A DNA stretch of 32,000 nucleotides from Cupriavidus necator. Its GTDB lineage: Bacteria; Pseudomonadota; Gammaproteobacteria; Burkholderiales; Burkholderiaceae. The notes under the pieces are model-generated. The model worked only from the letters and a program-made list of their open reading frames with translations. It searched no databases and had not been told where the DNA came from. Shown in pieces: positions 9,846-18,564 of the stretch (position 1 is the stretch's first letter; the number at the start of each line of letters is the position of its first letter). Both the position numbers and the translations under genes were made by a program. The stretch lies in the NCBI RefSeq assembly GCF_016127575.1, contig NZ_CP066019.1, positions 1,080,001 to 1,112,000 on the forward strand, in the 5' to 3' direction.

Positions 9846-10826
9846 ATGGCGAAAATCGTTAAGTTCTATGAAACCGGCGGACCCGACGTCCTTTGTCTTG
9901 AGGACGGCAGCGTTGGTGAGCCCGGAGCGGGGGAGGTCCGCGTCCGCCACGTGGCGGCAGGCCTGAACTTCGCCGATACCTACTTCCGCAGCGGCACGTA
10001 CAAGGTGCCGCTGCCCAGCGGCATCGGCAACGAGGCCGCTGGCGTGATTGAGGCTGTCGGTGCCGGCGTCACCCATCTGGCGGTCGGCGACCGTGTGACC
10101 TACACCGGATTTACCAACACGCTGGGCGCCTACAGCACGGAGCGGCTGATCTCTGCCGGTCCGCTGATCAGGCTGCCGCAGGCAATCAGTTGCGAAGTCG
10201 CGGCGGCCATGACCATGCGCGGTTTGTCGGCGGCCTACCTGATGCGCCGGATCTACCCCTTCAAGGCGGGCGACTCCATCCTGCTGCATGCCGCGGCAGG
10301 TGGTGTTGGCCTGATCGTTGCGCAGTGGGCCAAATTGTTGGGGCTGACGGTGATCGGCACGGTTTCGACCGATGCCAAGGCCGAAGTGGCGCGCGCCCAC
10401 GGCTGTGACCACACCATCAACTACAGCCATGAGGACGTGGCCAGGCGCGTGCGGGAACTGACCGACGGCGTGGGCGTGAACGTGGTCTTCGACAGCGTGG
10501 GCAAGGACACCTTCATGTCCTCGCTGGACTCCCTCAGGCGCCGCGGCCTGCTGGTGTGCGTGGGTTTCGCCTCCGGCCCGGTAACCGGGTTCGATCCGGC
10601 AATTCTGGCCCGCAAGGGCTCGGCGTTCCTGACACGCCCGGGCCTGGCCGACTATATCGCCGATCCTGCCGAGAAGGCGGAACTGGTCGGCGAGCTGTTC
10701 GGCCACGTGGCGGCTGGCCGCATCCGCATCGGGATCAATCAGCGCTATGCCCTGGAGGATGCCGTGCAGGCACACCGGGACCTGGAGTCGCGGAAGACCA
10801 CCGGCTCGTCCATTTTCGTGATTTGA
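9846..10826 (+). CDS. qor: NADPH:quinone oxidoreductase (zeta-crystallin-like MDR)
   Basis: It is colinear with E. coli Qor along the whole length (GGPDVL, GLNFADTYFRSGTY, LPSGIGNEAAGVIEAVG, LLHAAAGGVGLIVAQWAK, ...HRDLESRKTTGSSIF). AGGAGA lies 4-5 nt before the ATG. Confidence 0.85.
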   Translation: MAKIVKFYETGGPDVLCLEDGSVGEPGAGEVRVRHVAAGLNFADTYFRSGTYKVPLPSGIGNEAAGVIEAVGAGVTHLAVGDRVTYTGFTNTLGAYSTERLISAGPLIRLPQAISCEVAAAMTMRGLSAAYLMRRIYPFKAGDSILLHAAAGGVGLIVAQWAKLLGLTVIGTVSTDAKAEVARAHGCDHTINYSHEDVARRVRELTDGVGVNVVFDSVGKDTFMSSLDSLRRRGLLVCVGFASGPVTGFDPAILARKGSAFLTRPGLADYIADPAEKAELVGELFGHVAAGRIRIGINQRYALEDAVQAHRDLESRKTTGSSIFVI

Positions 10827-10895
10827 CGGCACGAAGCAGCTGTCTCATCCATCGACCTTCTCAAGATTCACATCTCAACCCGGAGATCCACCAAC

Positions 10896-11957
10896 ATGAA
10901 CTTCCTTGACGGCCACCTGTATCCCGAGAACCAGCAGCCTCTGATCATCACCGCCGCTCCCTATGCGCCGGGCTGGATCCCGTCAGACTTCCCGGAAGAT
11001 ATCCCGGTCACCATAGCGGACCAGATCCAGAAGGCGGTGGATTGCTATGAAGCCGGTGCGAGAGTGCTGCATCTGCACGTGCGCGAAGAGGACGGCAAGG
11101 GCAGCAAGCGCCTGTCCAAGTTCAATGAGCTGATCGCCGGCGTGCGCAAGGCCTGTCCTGAAATGGTCATCCAGGTGGGCGGCTCCATCAGCTTCGCGCC
11201 TGAAGAGGGCCAAGGCGCCAAATGGCTTAGCGATGACACGCGGCATATGCTGGCCGAACTCGATCCTAAGCCCGACCAGGTGACGGTGACCGTCAACACC
11301 TCGCAGATGAATGTGACGGAGCATGCCGGTGTGGATGATTTCAAAGGACTGTCGCGAGGGTTCGCGCACCTCTACGATACCTACAAGGACATGGTCGTGC
11401 CCTCGAATCCCAGCTGGTTCGAGGAGCACGTTCGGCGTCTGACAGCCGCCGGGATTCAGAGTGAGTTTCAGTGCTACAACATCAACAGCTTTGAAACGAT
11501 TGAGCGGATGATTCGCCGCGGCGTCTACAAGGGCCCGCTGGTGATGAACTGGGTGGCTATCAGCGGCGGCATGGATCAGGCGAACATCTACAACCTGGCA
11601 AACATCCTGCGCGCTGTGCCGGACGGAGCCGTGGTAACGGTGGAGAGTTCGGTGTTGAATGTGCTTCCCATCAACATGATCGGCATGGCCTTGGGCCTGC
11701 ATGTGCGGTGTGGCATCGAGGACGTGCTCTGGAACCAGACCCGCACGGGAAAGATGAGCACCGTCGAGCAGATCAAGCAACTGGTGCGTATCGCCGGCGA
11801 ATTTGGTCGCCCCATCGCGACGGCGCAGCAGACCCGCGAGATCTTGCAGCTTGGGGTCTTCTACGACACGGTGGAAGAGACGCTTCAGAAGAATGGCTTC
11901 GCACCCAATCGTAACGGTGGCCACCAGGGCTTCCTGCGCAAGGCCGAATGCATGTAA
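10896..11957 (+). CDS. BKACE-family (3-keto-5-aminohexanoate cleavage enzyme-like, DUF849) beta-keto acid cleavage enzyme
   Basis: The N-terminal pattern PLIITAAPYAPGW...IPVT..DQIQKAVDCYEAGARVLHLHVREEDGKGS is characteristic of DUF849/BKACE TIM-barrel enzymes. The substrate cannot be inferred from the sequence alone. Confidence 0.8.
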   Translation: MNFLDGHLYPENQQPLIITAAPYAPGWIPSDFPEDIPVTIADQIQKAVDCYEAGARVLHLHVREEDGKGSKRLSKFNELIAGVRKACPEMVIQVGGSISFAPEEGQGAKWLSDDTRHMLAELDPKPDQVTVTVNTSQMNVTEHAGVDDFKGLSRGFAHLYDTYKDMVVPSNPSWFEEHVRRLTAAGIQSEFQCYNINSFETIERMIRRGVYKGPLVMNWVAISGGMDQANIYNLANILRAVPDGAVVTVESSVLNVLPINMIGMALGLHVRCGIEDVLWNQTRTGKMSTVEQIKQLVRIAGEFGRPIATAQQTREILQLGVFYDTVEETLQKNGFAPNRNGGHQGFLRKAECM

Positions 11958-12014
11958 AGAGCCCTTGGAGGAACTGACGGCCCGGCATCCCGGACCCAAC
12001 ATGTGATGGCGAAG

Positions 12015-12048
12015 GCGGGACCCGCGACGGTGTGGGTCCCGCTCTTTC
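12015..12048 (+). terminator. Candidate intrinsic terminator after the BKACE gene
   Basis: GCGGGACCC (12015-12023) pairs with GGGTCCCGC (12034-12042) across a 10-nt loop, followed by TCTTTCGCCTT. Confidence 0.5.
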
Positions 12049-12216
12049 GCCTTGCTGCCGTGGACCCCCCAGACCTCAATTGCCGTGTGGCCGATACCGC
12101 GAGCAGGGTTTTCCCTCTGTTTGCGCGAATCGACAACAACTTGGCGTGATCGGTCAAGCCGGTTGACGCGTGGCGATCCGAGAATTGAGAAAAGACGGCA
12201 ATCAAGAGGTACAGAC

Positions 12217-13212
12217 ATGAGGAAGCGAACCAATAACCTATGGTGGCGCGGATACGCCCTGGCGATCGGAGTCGGTGTCGTCGGTGGGGTGCCCGTGGCT
12301 CACGCCCAGGAGGATTGGCCAAGCAAGCCGATCCGCCTGGTGGTGGCGGGGCCTGCCGGCGGCAGCGCCGACGCCCTGGCGCGGCTGCTGGCGGAAGGCC
12401 TGCAGAAGGCGTGGAGCAAGCCGGTGATCGTGGAAAACAAGCCTGGTGCCGCCGGCGCGCTGGCGATCAGCGATTTGCAGGCCACCGGCAAGGATGGCCA
12501 TACCCTTCTGGTCATCCAGGGCGGTGTCGTCAGCGAAGCGCCGTTGGCCTACAAGGTCTATTACAAGCCCTTTGCCGACCTGAAGCCCCTGGCCCAGGTC
12601 AGCCGCACGGGGTTGGTGCTGGTTGCCAACAAGGATGTGCCGGTCTCTAACCTCAAGCAGTTGGTGGACTACGGCAAATCGCAGAAGGACGGCCTGGTTT
12701 TCGCTTCCTACGCTGCGGGATTGAGGGGCCACACCTCGGGCATACTGCTCGGGCAACTCACCCACGTGCCAATGCGGCATGTTGGCTACAAGGGCTCTCC
12801 TCCGGCATTGAACGACCTGATGGGCGGCCATGTGCCGCTGATGTTCGATGGGGTGACTACCTCAATGCCGCTGATCAAGGCGGGGAAGATCAGAGCGATT
12901 GCCGTGGCCTATCCGACCCGGATTGCCGGATTGGCGGATGTGCCGACGTTCAAGGAGCTCGGTTACCCGCAGCTGGCGCAAGCGGGCTGGTTCGCCGTGT
13001 GGTCGCGCCCGGATGTCGCTCCGGCGGTCCAGCAAAAAATCCGCGAGGCGACGCTGGCGTATTTCAAGCAGCCCGCAGTGCAGAACCGCGTCAAGGATAT
13101 GGGCATGGAGCAGGGGAATGCCGCCACCTCGGAAGAGATGATGGCGGACCTGAAGCAGGCATACCAGCAACAGGCCGCGCTGCTGAAGTCCATCAACTAC
13201 CAGCCGGAATAA
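12217..13212 (+). CDS. Bug-family (TctC-like) substrate-binding protein
   Basis: The Bug hallmark is present: WPSKPIRLVVAGPAGGSADALAR...VIVENKPGAAGALA. The ATG at 12217 has AAGAGG 7 nt upstream and gives a proper signal peptide (MRKRTNNLWWRGYALAIGVGVVGGVPVAHA). The 55-aa extension in the track (12052) is rejected. Confidence 0.9.
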   Translation: MRKRTNNLWWRGYALAIGVGVVGGVPVAHAQEDWPSKPIRLVVAGPAGGSADALARLLAEGLQKAWSKPVIVENKPGAAGALAISDLQATGKDGHTLLVIQGGVVSEAPLAYKVYYKPFADLKPLAQVSRTGLVLVANKDVPVSNLKQLVDYGKSQKDGLVFASYAAGLRGHTSGILLGQLTHVPMRHVGYKGSPPALNDLMGGHVPLMFDGVTTSMPLIKAGKIRAIAVAYPTRIAGLADVPTFKELGYPQLAQAGWFAVWSRPDVAPAVQQKIREATLAYFKQPAVQNRVKDMGMEQGNAATSEEMMADLKQAYQQQAALLKSINYQPE

Positions 13213-13290
13213 TACGGCAGTCACCCGGCCGCGCAACTGGGCTGGGTGGTGACTACCGTTGCGGCATGCCCGACCGGTCGTGTCGATCTT

Positions 13291-14202
13291 TCAGTAAGGC
13301 GCGTCACCGATAATTGCGGTGCGCTCCATCTTCCGGTGGCACGGGGGGTAATCCATCACTGCGTAGTGCTGGGTCGAACGGTTGTCCCAGAACGCAACAC
13401 TGTTTTTCTTCCAGCGAAAACGCACCTGGTACTCGGGGATGGTGGCCTGGCTGACCAGGTAGCTAAGCAGATTTGCGGCACCCGGCGCCTTGTCGATGCC
13501 GAAGCGCACATTGGCCGGCACGTTGTAGTTGGTGAAGTGCGTGGTAAAGCTTCCATTGACGAACAGCACTTTCTCTCCGGTTTCGGGATGGGTGCGCACC
13601 ACCGGGTGCTCGGCGTCCGGGTACTGGGCCTTCAGCGCAAGACGCTTTTCGATCGGCATGGCGGCACCGAAGCTCGCCTCGATGCCGTGGCGCGCGCGCA
13701 ATGTGGCGATCTTCGTCTTGATATCCTCGGGCAACTGGTTGTAGGCCTCGACCATGTTGACCCACATGGTGTCGCCGCCCACGGGTGGGCACTCGATACA
13801 GCGCAGCACGCAGCCTAGCGGTGGCTTCTCGCGCCAGGTGGCATCGGTATGCCAGGAATTCTCGTTGCGGTCGGGAGGACTGTCCGGGGTTTTGTAGATC
13901 TGGACCAGCCCCGGGTAATCGGGATGGCTGCCCACCACCGGATGGTCCTCCAGCTCGCCGAAGCGGCGCGCAAAAGCTACGTGCTGCGCGCGCGTGATGT
14001 CCTGGTCGCGGAAGAACAGCACGCGATGTCTGAGGAGCAGGGCGCGGATTTCAGCCATCAGCTGCTCGTCTTCGGCAGCCGCGCCGAGGTTGACGTTGCT
14101 GAGCTCAGCACCGATCGTGCAGGTGACTGGCTCGACCTGGATCGAATTGCCCAGAGAGGTTGCGCGGACCACTGCGGGTGCCGCTTTGAGGCGTTGGATC
14201 AT
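13291..14202 (-). CDS. TauD/TfdA-family Fe(II)/2-oxoglutarate-dependent dioxygenase
   Basis: It is colinear with E. coli TauD (FARRFGEL..HP, NSWHTDATW..PP.G..L......P..GGDTMW, HPVVRTHPETGEKVLFVN, WDNRSTQHYA). The ATG at 14202 has GGAGA 8 nt upstream. The upstream 33 codons in the track are rejected. Confidence 0.9.
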   Translation of the reverse strand: MIQRLKAAPAVVRATSLGNSIQVEPVTCTIGAELSNVNLGAAAEDEQLMAEIRALLLRHRVLFFRDQDITRAQHVAFARRFGELEDHPVVGSHPDYPGLVQIYKTPDSPPDRNENSWHTDATWREKPPLGCVLRCIECPPVGGDTMWVNMVEAYNQLPEDIKTKIATLRARHGIEASFGAAMPIEKRLALKAQYPDAEHPVVRTHPETGEKVLFVNGSFTTHFTNYNVPANVRFGIDKAPGAANLLSYLVSQATIPEYQVRFRWKKNSVAFWDNRSTQHYAVMDYPPCHRKMERTAIIGDAPY

Positions 14203-14330
14203 GAAGGTTGTCTCCGATTTTTCGAACAGGCCGATCGATTCCTGCGAGTCTGGATCCAGCGGGTTTCTCCCGCTTGACACTACATGACCGGGATTTATCA
14301 TTCCATGTCAATGTTCCACTCTGCTCGCTA

Positions 14331-15356
14331 ATGTCGTCACTTGTCCGCGCTGCGGCCCTCACCAACTACAGCGAGGTCGCCCGAGCCGCCGGACTGGACC
14401 CGGTGCGGATGCTCCTTGACGCGGGTTTGAGTCCGGGCGTGCTGCGCGAGCCGGACCTCATGATTCCGGTTGAGCGTGTCGGACGACTGCTGCAGGCGTC
14501 GGCAACCATGTCAGGCAACGAGAGTTTCGGACTGTGCATGGCCGAGTCGCGCCTGTTGTCCAATCTTGGGGCCGTAGGATTGCTGATCCGCGACCAGGCG
14601 ACGCTGCGCGACTCGCTTCGCATGCTGATGCGCTATCAGGCGTTGCTCAACGGTGCGCTGTCGCTGGCGGTAGAGGAGTGCGGCGAACTGGTCATTATTC
14701 GCGAGGCGGTCATCGCTGGCAGCGCACATCAGCCCACGCGCCAAAGGGTTGAACTGGCGCTGGGGGTAATGGTGCGGCTGATACGCCAGCTTCTCAAGCC
14801 CGACTGGGAGCCGCGGCGCGTATGCTTCGAGCACCCGGCGCCGCGCGACCTTGGTACGCACCAACGGTTTTTTGGCCCTTGCGTCGAGTTCGACTATGAC
14901 TTCAACTGCATCATCTGCGCGAAGGCCGATCTCGATGCACGCAACCCGTCTGCCGATCCGGCCATGGCGCGCTACGCGCAGCAGCTGATCGACGCGTCTG
15001 TCATGTCGCAGCACGCGACCATGCTAGAAGACGTGCGGCGCATTGTCCTGCTGCTGTTGCCCAGCGGACGTTGCAGCATCGAGCAAGTGGCGGACCATCT
15101 GGGCGTGGTGTGCCGTACGGTCCAGCGCCGGCTGGCGGAAGAGGGACAAAGCTTCTCGTCGATCGTCAACGACATCCGCACGGAGCTTGCCGCGCGTCAT
15201 GTCATCGAGAGCGATCGTTCGTTGACCGAGGTGGCGACCCTGCTCGGGTTTTCCGCGCCGAGCGGATTCTCGCGCTGGTATCACGCGCAATTTGGTTGCA
15301 GCCCCAAGGAGAGCCGGTCCACGCGCGGCACAGTGCGCCGAAAGACCACTGCTTAG
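14331..15356 (+). CDS. AraC-family transcriptional regulator (N-terminal arabinose-binding-like domain type)
   Basis: The N-terminus MSSLVRAAALTNYSEVARAAGLDP..LL is typical for this AraC subgroup. The C-terminal HTH pair is present: IEQVADHLGVVCRTVQRRL ... LTEVATLLGFSAPSGFSRWYHAQFGCSP. It is divergent from the TauD-family gene. Confidence 0.85.
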   Translation: MSSLVRAAALTNYSEVARAAGLDPVRMLLDAGLSPGVLREPDLMIPVERVGRLLQASATMSGNESFGLCMAESRLLSNLGAVGLLIRDQATLRDSLRMLMRYQALLNGALSLAVEECGELVIIREAVIAGSAHQPTRQRVELALGVMVRLIRQLLKPDWEPRRVCFEHPAPRDLGTHQRFFGPCVEFDYDFNCIICAKADLDARNPSADPAMARYAQQLIDASVMSQHATMLEDVRRIVLLLLPSGRCSIEQVADHLGVVCRTVQRRLAEEGQSFSSIVNDIRTELAARHVIESDRSLTEVATLLGFSAPSGFSRWYHAQFGCSPKESRSTRGTVRRKTTA

Positions 15357-15496
15357 CCTGCACCGACCGTGATGCCACCCTCGGCCATCCGCCCGATACG
15401 CCACGTAAGGTAAGATCTTGGGCGCTGCGAGCGGTGCAGCGCCGATCGAGGGCAACACCCGACCGGTTCCCCAATAATCGGAAGGACTTACCCCTC

Positions 15497-16309
15497 ATGG
15501 GCAGACTCAAGACTACCAACACGCCAGAACTGCAGTCGCTGCTTGCGCCGCAAACACCGCAGAATCCGGTCACGCTGGCGGTCGAGCAGGCGCTTATGCA
15601 TGGACGCGACTGGTCGGCATCCGTCGCCGACCAGATTGCGGTGCGGCTGGCGGGACTGATTACGATCGACGTGATCCACGCAGGCCAACGCCTGCTTGAG
15701 AAAGACATCAGCGAGGTCCTGGAGGTCAGCCGCGCTCCTGTGCGCGAGGCCTTGCGCATCCTGGAGCGGGAGCGGCTGGTCGAGTTCCGCGCGCGGCGCG
15801 GCGCCATTGTCACCGAGCCCAATGCCCAGGACCTGCGGGATATCTACGTGGTGCGGGACGCACTGTTTGCGATTCTGCTCAGGCAGTTGATGGAAGAACG
15901 CGCGGACGCGCTTGATGCGTTATTCGAGCAATTCATGCCGCGGCTCGGCAAGGCTGTCGAGGAATCGGTGGACGCCTATATCAGCGTGACCTTCCTGGCG
16001 AACATGGCCATGGCAGACCTGTCGAGCAACCGGCTGGTCGGGGAGCTGCTGAATTCCATCTCGCTGCGGGTCCTGCGCTATGTGCGGCTGGGGCTCGCAT
16101 CCCGTCCCGGGTCGCTGGAGAATTCCTTCAAGACCTGGCGTGCCCTGCAGCGCGCCGTGACCAGGCGGGACATCGATGCGGTCCTGGAGACCGCGCACAA
16201 GCGCATCGGAAACTCCCGCGAAGCCGCCATCCGTGCCCTGGCATCCGGCGTCCGGAAAGGCAAGGCCGGCCCTGCCGGCAACGACGCTGTGCCAGCCGGC
16301 GCTTTCTGA
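15497..16309 (+). CDS. GntR-family (FadR/FCD-type) transcriptional regulator
   Basis: A winged HTH (LLEKDISEVLEVSRAPVREALRILERERLVEFRARRGAIV) is followed by a helical FCD-like C-terminal domain. The start is at MGRLKT (15497). The upstream 142 codons in the track overlap the AraC gene and are rejected. Confidence 0.85.
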   Translation: MGRLKTTNTPELQSLLAPQTPQNPVTLAVEQALMHGRDWSASVADQIAVRLAGLITIDVIHAGQRLLEKDISEVLEVSRAPVREALRILERERLVEFRARRGAIVTEPNAQDLRDIYVVRDALFAILLRQLMEERADALDALFEQFMPRLGKAVEESVDAYISVTFLANMAMADLSSNRLVGELLNSISLRVLRYVRLGLASRPGSLENSFKTWRALQRAVTRRDIDAVLETAHKRIGNSREAAIRALASGVRKGKAGPAGNDAVPAGAF

Positions 16310-16346
16310 GTCCGCGCGGGCGGGACTGCCCGCTTAGGCTCTCCGG

Positions 16347-16679
16347 TCAGGGGACCCGCGCCCGGCTGGCGAATGCATTCCACTCCCGGAAGACCGTGTC
16401 CAGGCACGATGCCGAATCGCAGCGGTCCCGCTTCTTGCGGAATGCTGCAATGTCGGCGTCGGTGATTGCCCGCGCCTTGAGCAGGCGCTGCTGGTCGGCA
16501 TAGATGCGCTGGTAGCCCATGGAAAACAGCGCGGATTCGCAGATCAGGCGCTGCGCCTGCGTAGCGTTGGCGGCGGTGGCGGACGGATCGCAGTCGATGT
16601 CGGTGGCATGCGCGGTGCTCAGGAACATGAGGCTTGCGGATGCCAGGGTGTGGAGGGCGATGCGGACAATGCGGGTCAT
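16347..16679 (-). CDS. Small exported cysteine-containing protein (tentatively LprI/DUF1311-like)
   Basis: 110 aa with a signal peptide ending AHA-TD and four Cys. The pattern C..........Q..IC.S.L......RIY and the C-terminal R..C.S.SCL are reminiscent of LprI/DUF1311-type periplasmic proteins. There is no obvious SD, so the call is weak. Confidence 0.4.
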   Translation of the reverse strand: MTRIVRIALHTLASASLMFLSTAHATDIDCDPSATAANATQAQRLICESALFSMGYQRIYADQQRLLKARAITDADIAAFRKKRDRCDSASCLDTVFREWNAFASRARVP

Positions 16680-16793
16680 GACGGGTTGGGGGCAGGGCTG
16701 ACGCTCGACGCAAAGGCGCCGTGTCAGGCGAATAGTAGCGCGCCCCGATAGCGGGCCGACAGGTTCACTGCATGCCGGCCCGCTTCGCCGCGC

Positions 16794-18353
16794 TTAGCGG
16801 AACACGCTGACCGCCTCCACCAGCCGTGTTGCCTGCTGCTTCAGGCTTTCGGCCGCAGCTGCGCTTTGCTCGACCAGCGCGGCGTTCTGCTGGGTGATGT
16901 TGTCAAGGTCGCTGACCGCGCCCCCTACCTGGGATATTCCGCTGCTTTGCTCGGTGGTGGCGGCGCTGATCTCGGCGATCAGGTCGGATACGCGTTTGAC
17001 CTGCGAGACGATGTCGTCCATGGCCTTGCCGGCTTCGTCGACCAGCTTGGCGCCGGACGCGACGTTGTGGACGCTGACATCGATCAGTCCCTTGATTTCC
17101 TTGGCGGCATTGGCGCTGCGCTGCGCCAGGCTGCGCACCTCGCCGGCCACCACGGCAAAGCCGCGGCCCTGTTCGCCGGCGCGGGCGGCTTCCACCGCCG
17201 CATTGAGCGCCAGGATATTGGTCTGGAAGGCAATGCCATCGATCACGCCGATGATATCGGCGATGCGCCTGGAGCTCTCGGTGATCTCGTTCATGGTGTT
17301 GACGACCTCCGACACCGCCTGCCCGCCGCGCTCCGCGGCGACGCTGGCGGAGCCGGACAGCTTGTTGGCTTGCGCCGCGGTCTCCGCGTTGCTCTGCACC
17401 GTGGAGGTCATCTGCGCCATCGACGCGGAGGTTTCCTGCACGCTGGACGCCGCCTGTTCGGTGCGCGCGCTCAGGTCGATATTGCCGCGCGCGATTTCAT
17501 TGCTGGCGGTCTGGACATTGACGACCTGGCCGCTGACGTCGTCGATCAGCCAGCGGAACATCAGGCCGAGCTGGCTGATCGTGCGCAGCGTCATGCCGAT
17601 CTCGTCGACCCGGTTCATGTGCACGGCCTTCTGGCTTTCGCCGGACGCCACGCGCAGCGCCTGCTGCAGGACCTGTTCCAGCGGGGTGGTGATCTGCCGT
17701 TGCAGCCACCAGGATGCCAGCAACGTGGCAAGCGCCATGACCCCTGCAAAGCCTGGTAGTGCCATGCCGGAAAGGCCCATGCCCCAGGCGCCGATGATAC
17801 TGACGGGGAGCAGGGCGGCCAGCGCCAGCCGCACGCGCCAGCGTACCGGCATGGTCTGGAACAGCGAGGTAAAGGCCATCAGGCCCGTGCGCACGATCAG
17901 TCCCTTGTGGAATTTCCGGCTGCCGGCCTGGCCCTCGCGGAAATCGCGATACAGCTTTTCCGCTGCCGCTATCTCCTCGCGTGTTGCCTTGGTGCGCACC
18001 GACATGTAGCCGGCGGGCCGGCCGTTGCGCACCACGGGCGTGGCATTGGCGCGGACCCAGTAATGGTCGCCGTTCTTGCGGCGGTTCTTGACCAGCGCGG
18101 TCCATGGCTCTCCGCCCTTGAGGGTGGCCCACATGTCGGCAAAGGCTTCGGCGGGCATGTCGGGATGGCGCACCAGGTTGTGCGGCTGCCCCTGGATTTC
18201 TTCCCGCGTGAATCCGCTGACCTCGACAAACGCGGCGTTGGCGTAGGTGATGTAGCTCTGCGTGTCGGTGGTCGACATCAGCGTGGCGTTGTCCGGGAAA
18301 TCAAACTCGCGCTGGGTGACGGGCTGGTTGTCGCGCACGGCATTCCTCCTCAT
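16794..18353 (-). CDS. aer: Aer-like aerotaxis/energy-taxis receptor (PAS domain + HAMP + methyl-accepting signalling domain)
   Basis: The N-terminus [56 protein letters not shown]...[16 protein letters not shown] is nearly colinear with E. coli Aer. This is followed by a membrane hairpin, HAMP and the conserved MCP hairpin ([37 protein letters not shown]). The upstream 134 codons in the track are rejected. The true start may be the GTG at 18338, because ATGAGGAGGAAT would then serve as its SD. Confidence 0.9.
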   Translation of the reverse strand: MRRNAVRDNQPVTQREFDFPDNATLMSTTDTQSYITYANAAFVEVSGFTREEIQGQPHNLVRHPDMPAEAFADMWATLKGGEPWTALVKNRRKNGDHYWVRANATPVVRNGRPAGYMSVRTKATREEIAAAEKLYRDFREGQAGSRKFHKGLIVRTGLMAFTSLFQTMPVRWRVRLALAALLPVSIIGAWGMGLSGMALPGFAGVMALATLLASWWLQRQITTPLEQVLQQALRVASGESQKAVHMNRVDEIGMTLRTISQLGLMFRWLIDDVSGQVVNVQTASNEIARGNIDLSARTEQAASSVQETSASMAQMTSTVQSNAETAAQANKLSGSASVAAERGGQAVSEVVNTMNEITESSRRIADIIGVIDGIAFQTNILALNAAVEAARAGEQGRGFAVVAGEVRSLAQRSANAAKEIKGLIDVSVHNVASGAKLVDEAGKAMDDIVSQVKRVSDLIAEISAATTEQSSGISQVGGAVSDLDNITQQNAALVEQSAAAAESLKQQATRLVEAVSVFR

Positions 18354-18564
18354 TCTCGATGGGCAGGGGGCGCATGCCTTGTTTGCTTTGCATGGATTCC
18401 GGCGCGCCACGGCTGCCGGACCGCGCCCCCTTCTCCCCGCCATGTCGGCCGCAGTTCCCTGGCGCTGATCCCCTCTTCCGTAGGGGAGGGGTTGAATACA
18501 CTCAAACGAGTGAGGGCGACACCGTGGCGCAGGGCGTGGGTGTGGATCTGGCGTGCCTGGCTTG

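Noticed and set aside
12052-12216. N-terminal extensions in track ORFs: 12052, 14208, 15071, 21104, 22315, 24067, 25109, 25429 and 28086 on the plus strand; 14301, 18755, 21327 and 31994 on the minus strand.
   Set aside because: The extensions overlap upstream genes or intergenic DNA, have shadow-like composition, and lack an SD. Internal ATGs give proper signal peptides, SD sequences or stop/start coupling, and they match the expected family N-termini.
16750-16784. 9-bp stem (AGCGGGCCG/CGGCCCGCT) with a 17-nt loop downstream of the Aer-like gene, and a 6-bp stem at 16316-16333 after the GntR gene, considered as terminators.
   Set aside because: Neither has a U-tract on either strand, and the loop is large or the stem short. 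Such GC palindromes are common in this composition, so they are not reported as terminators.
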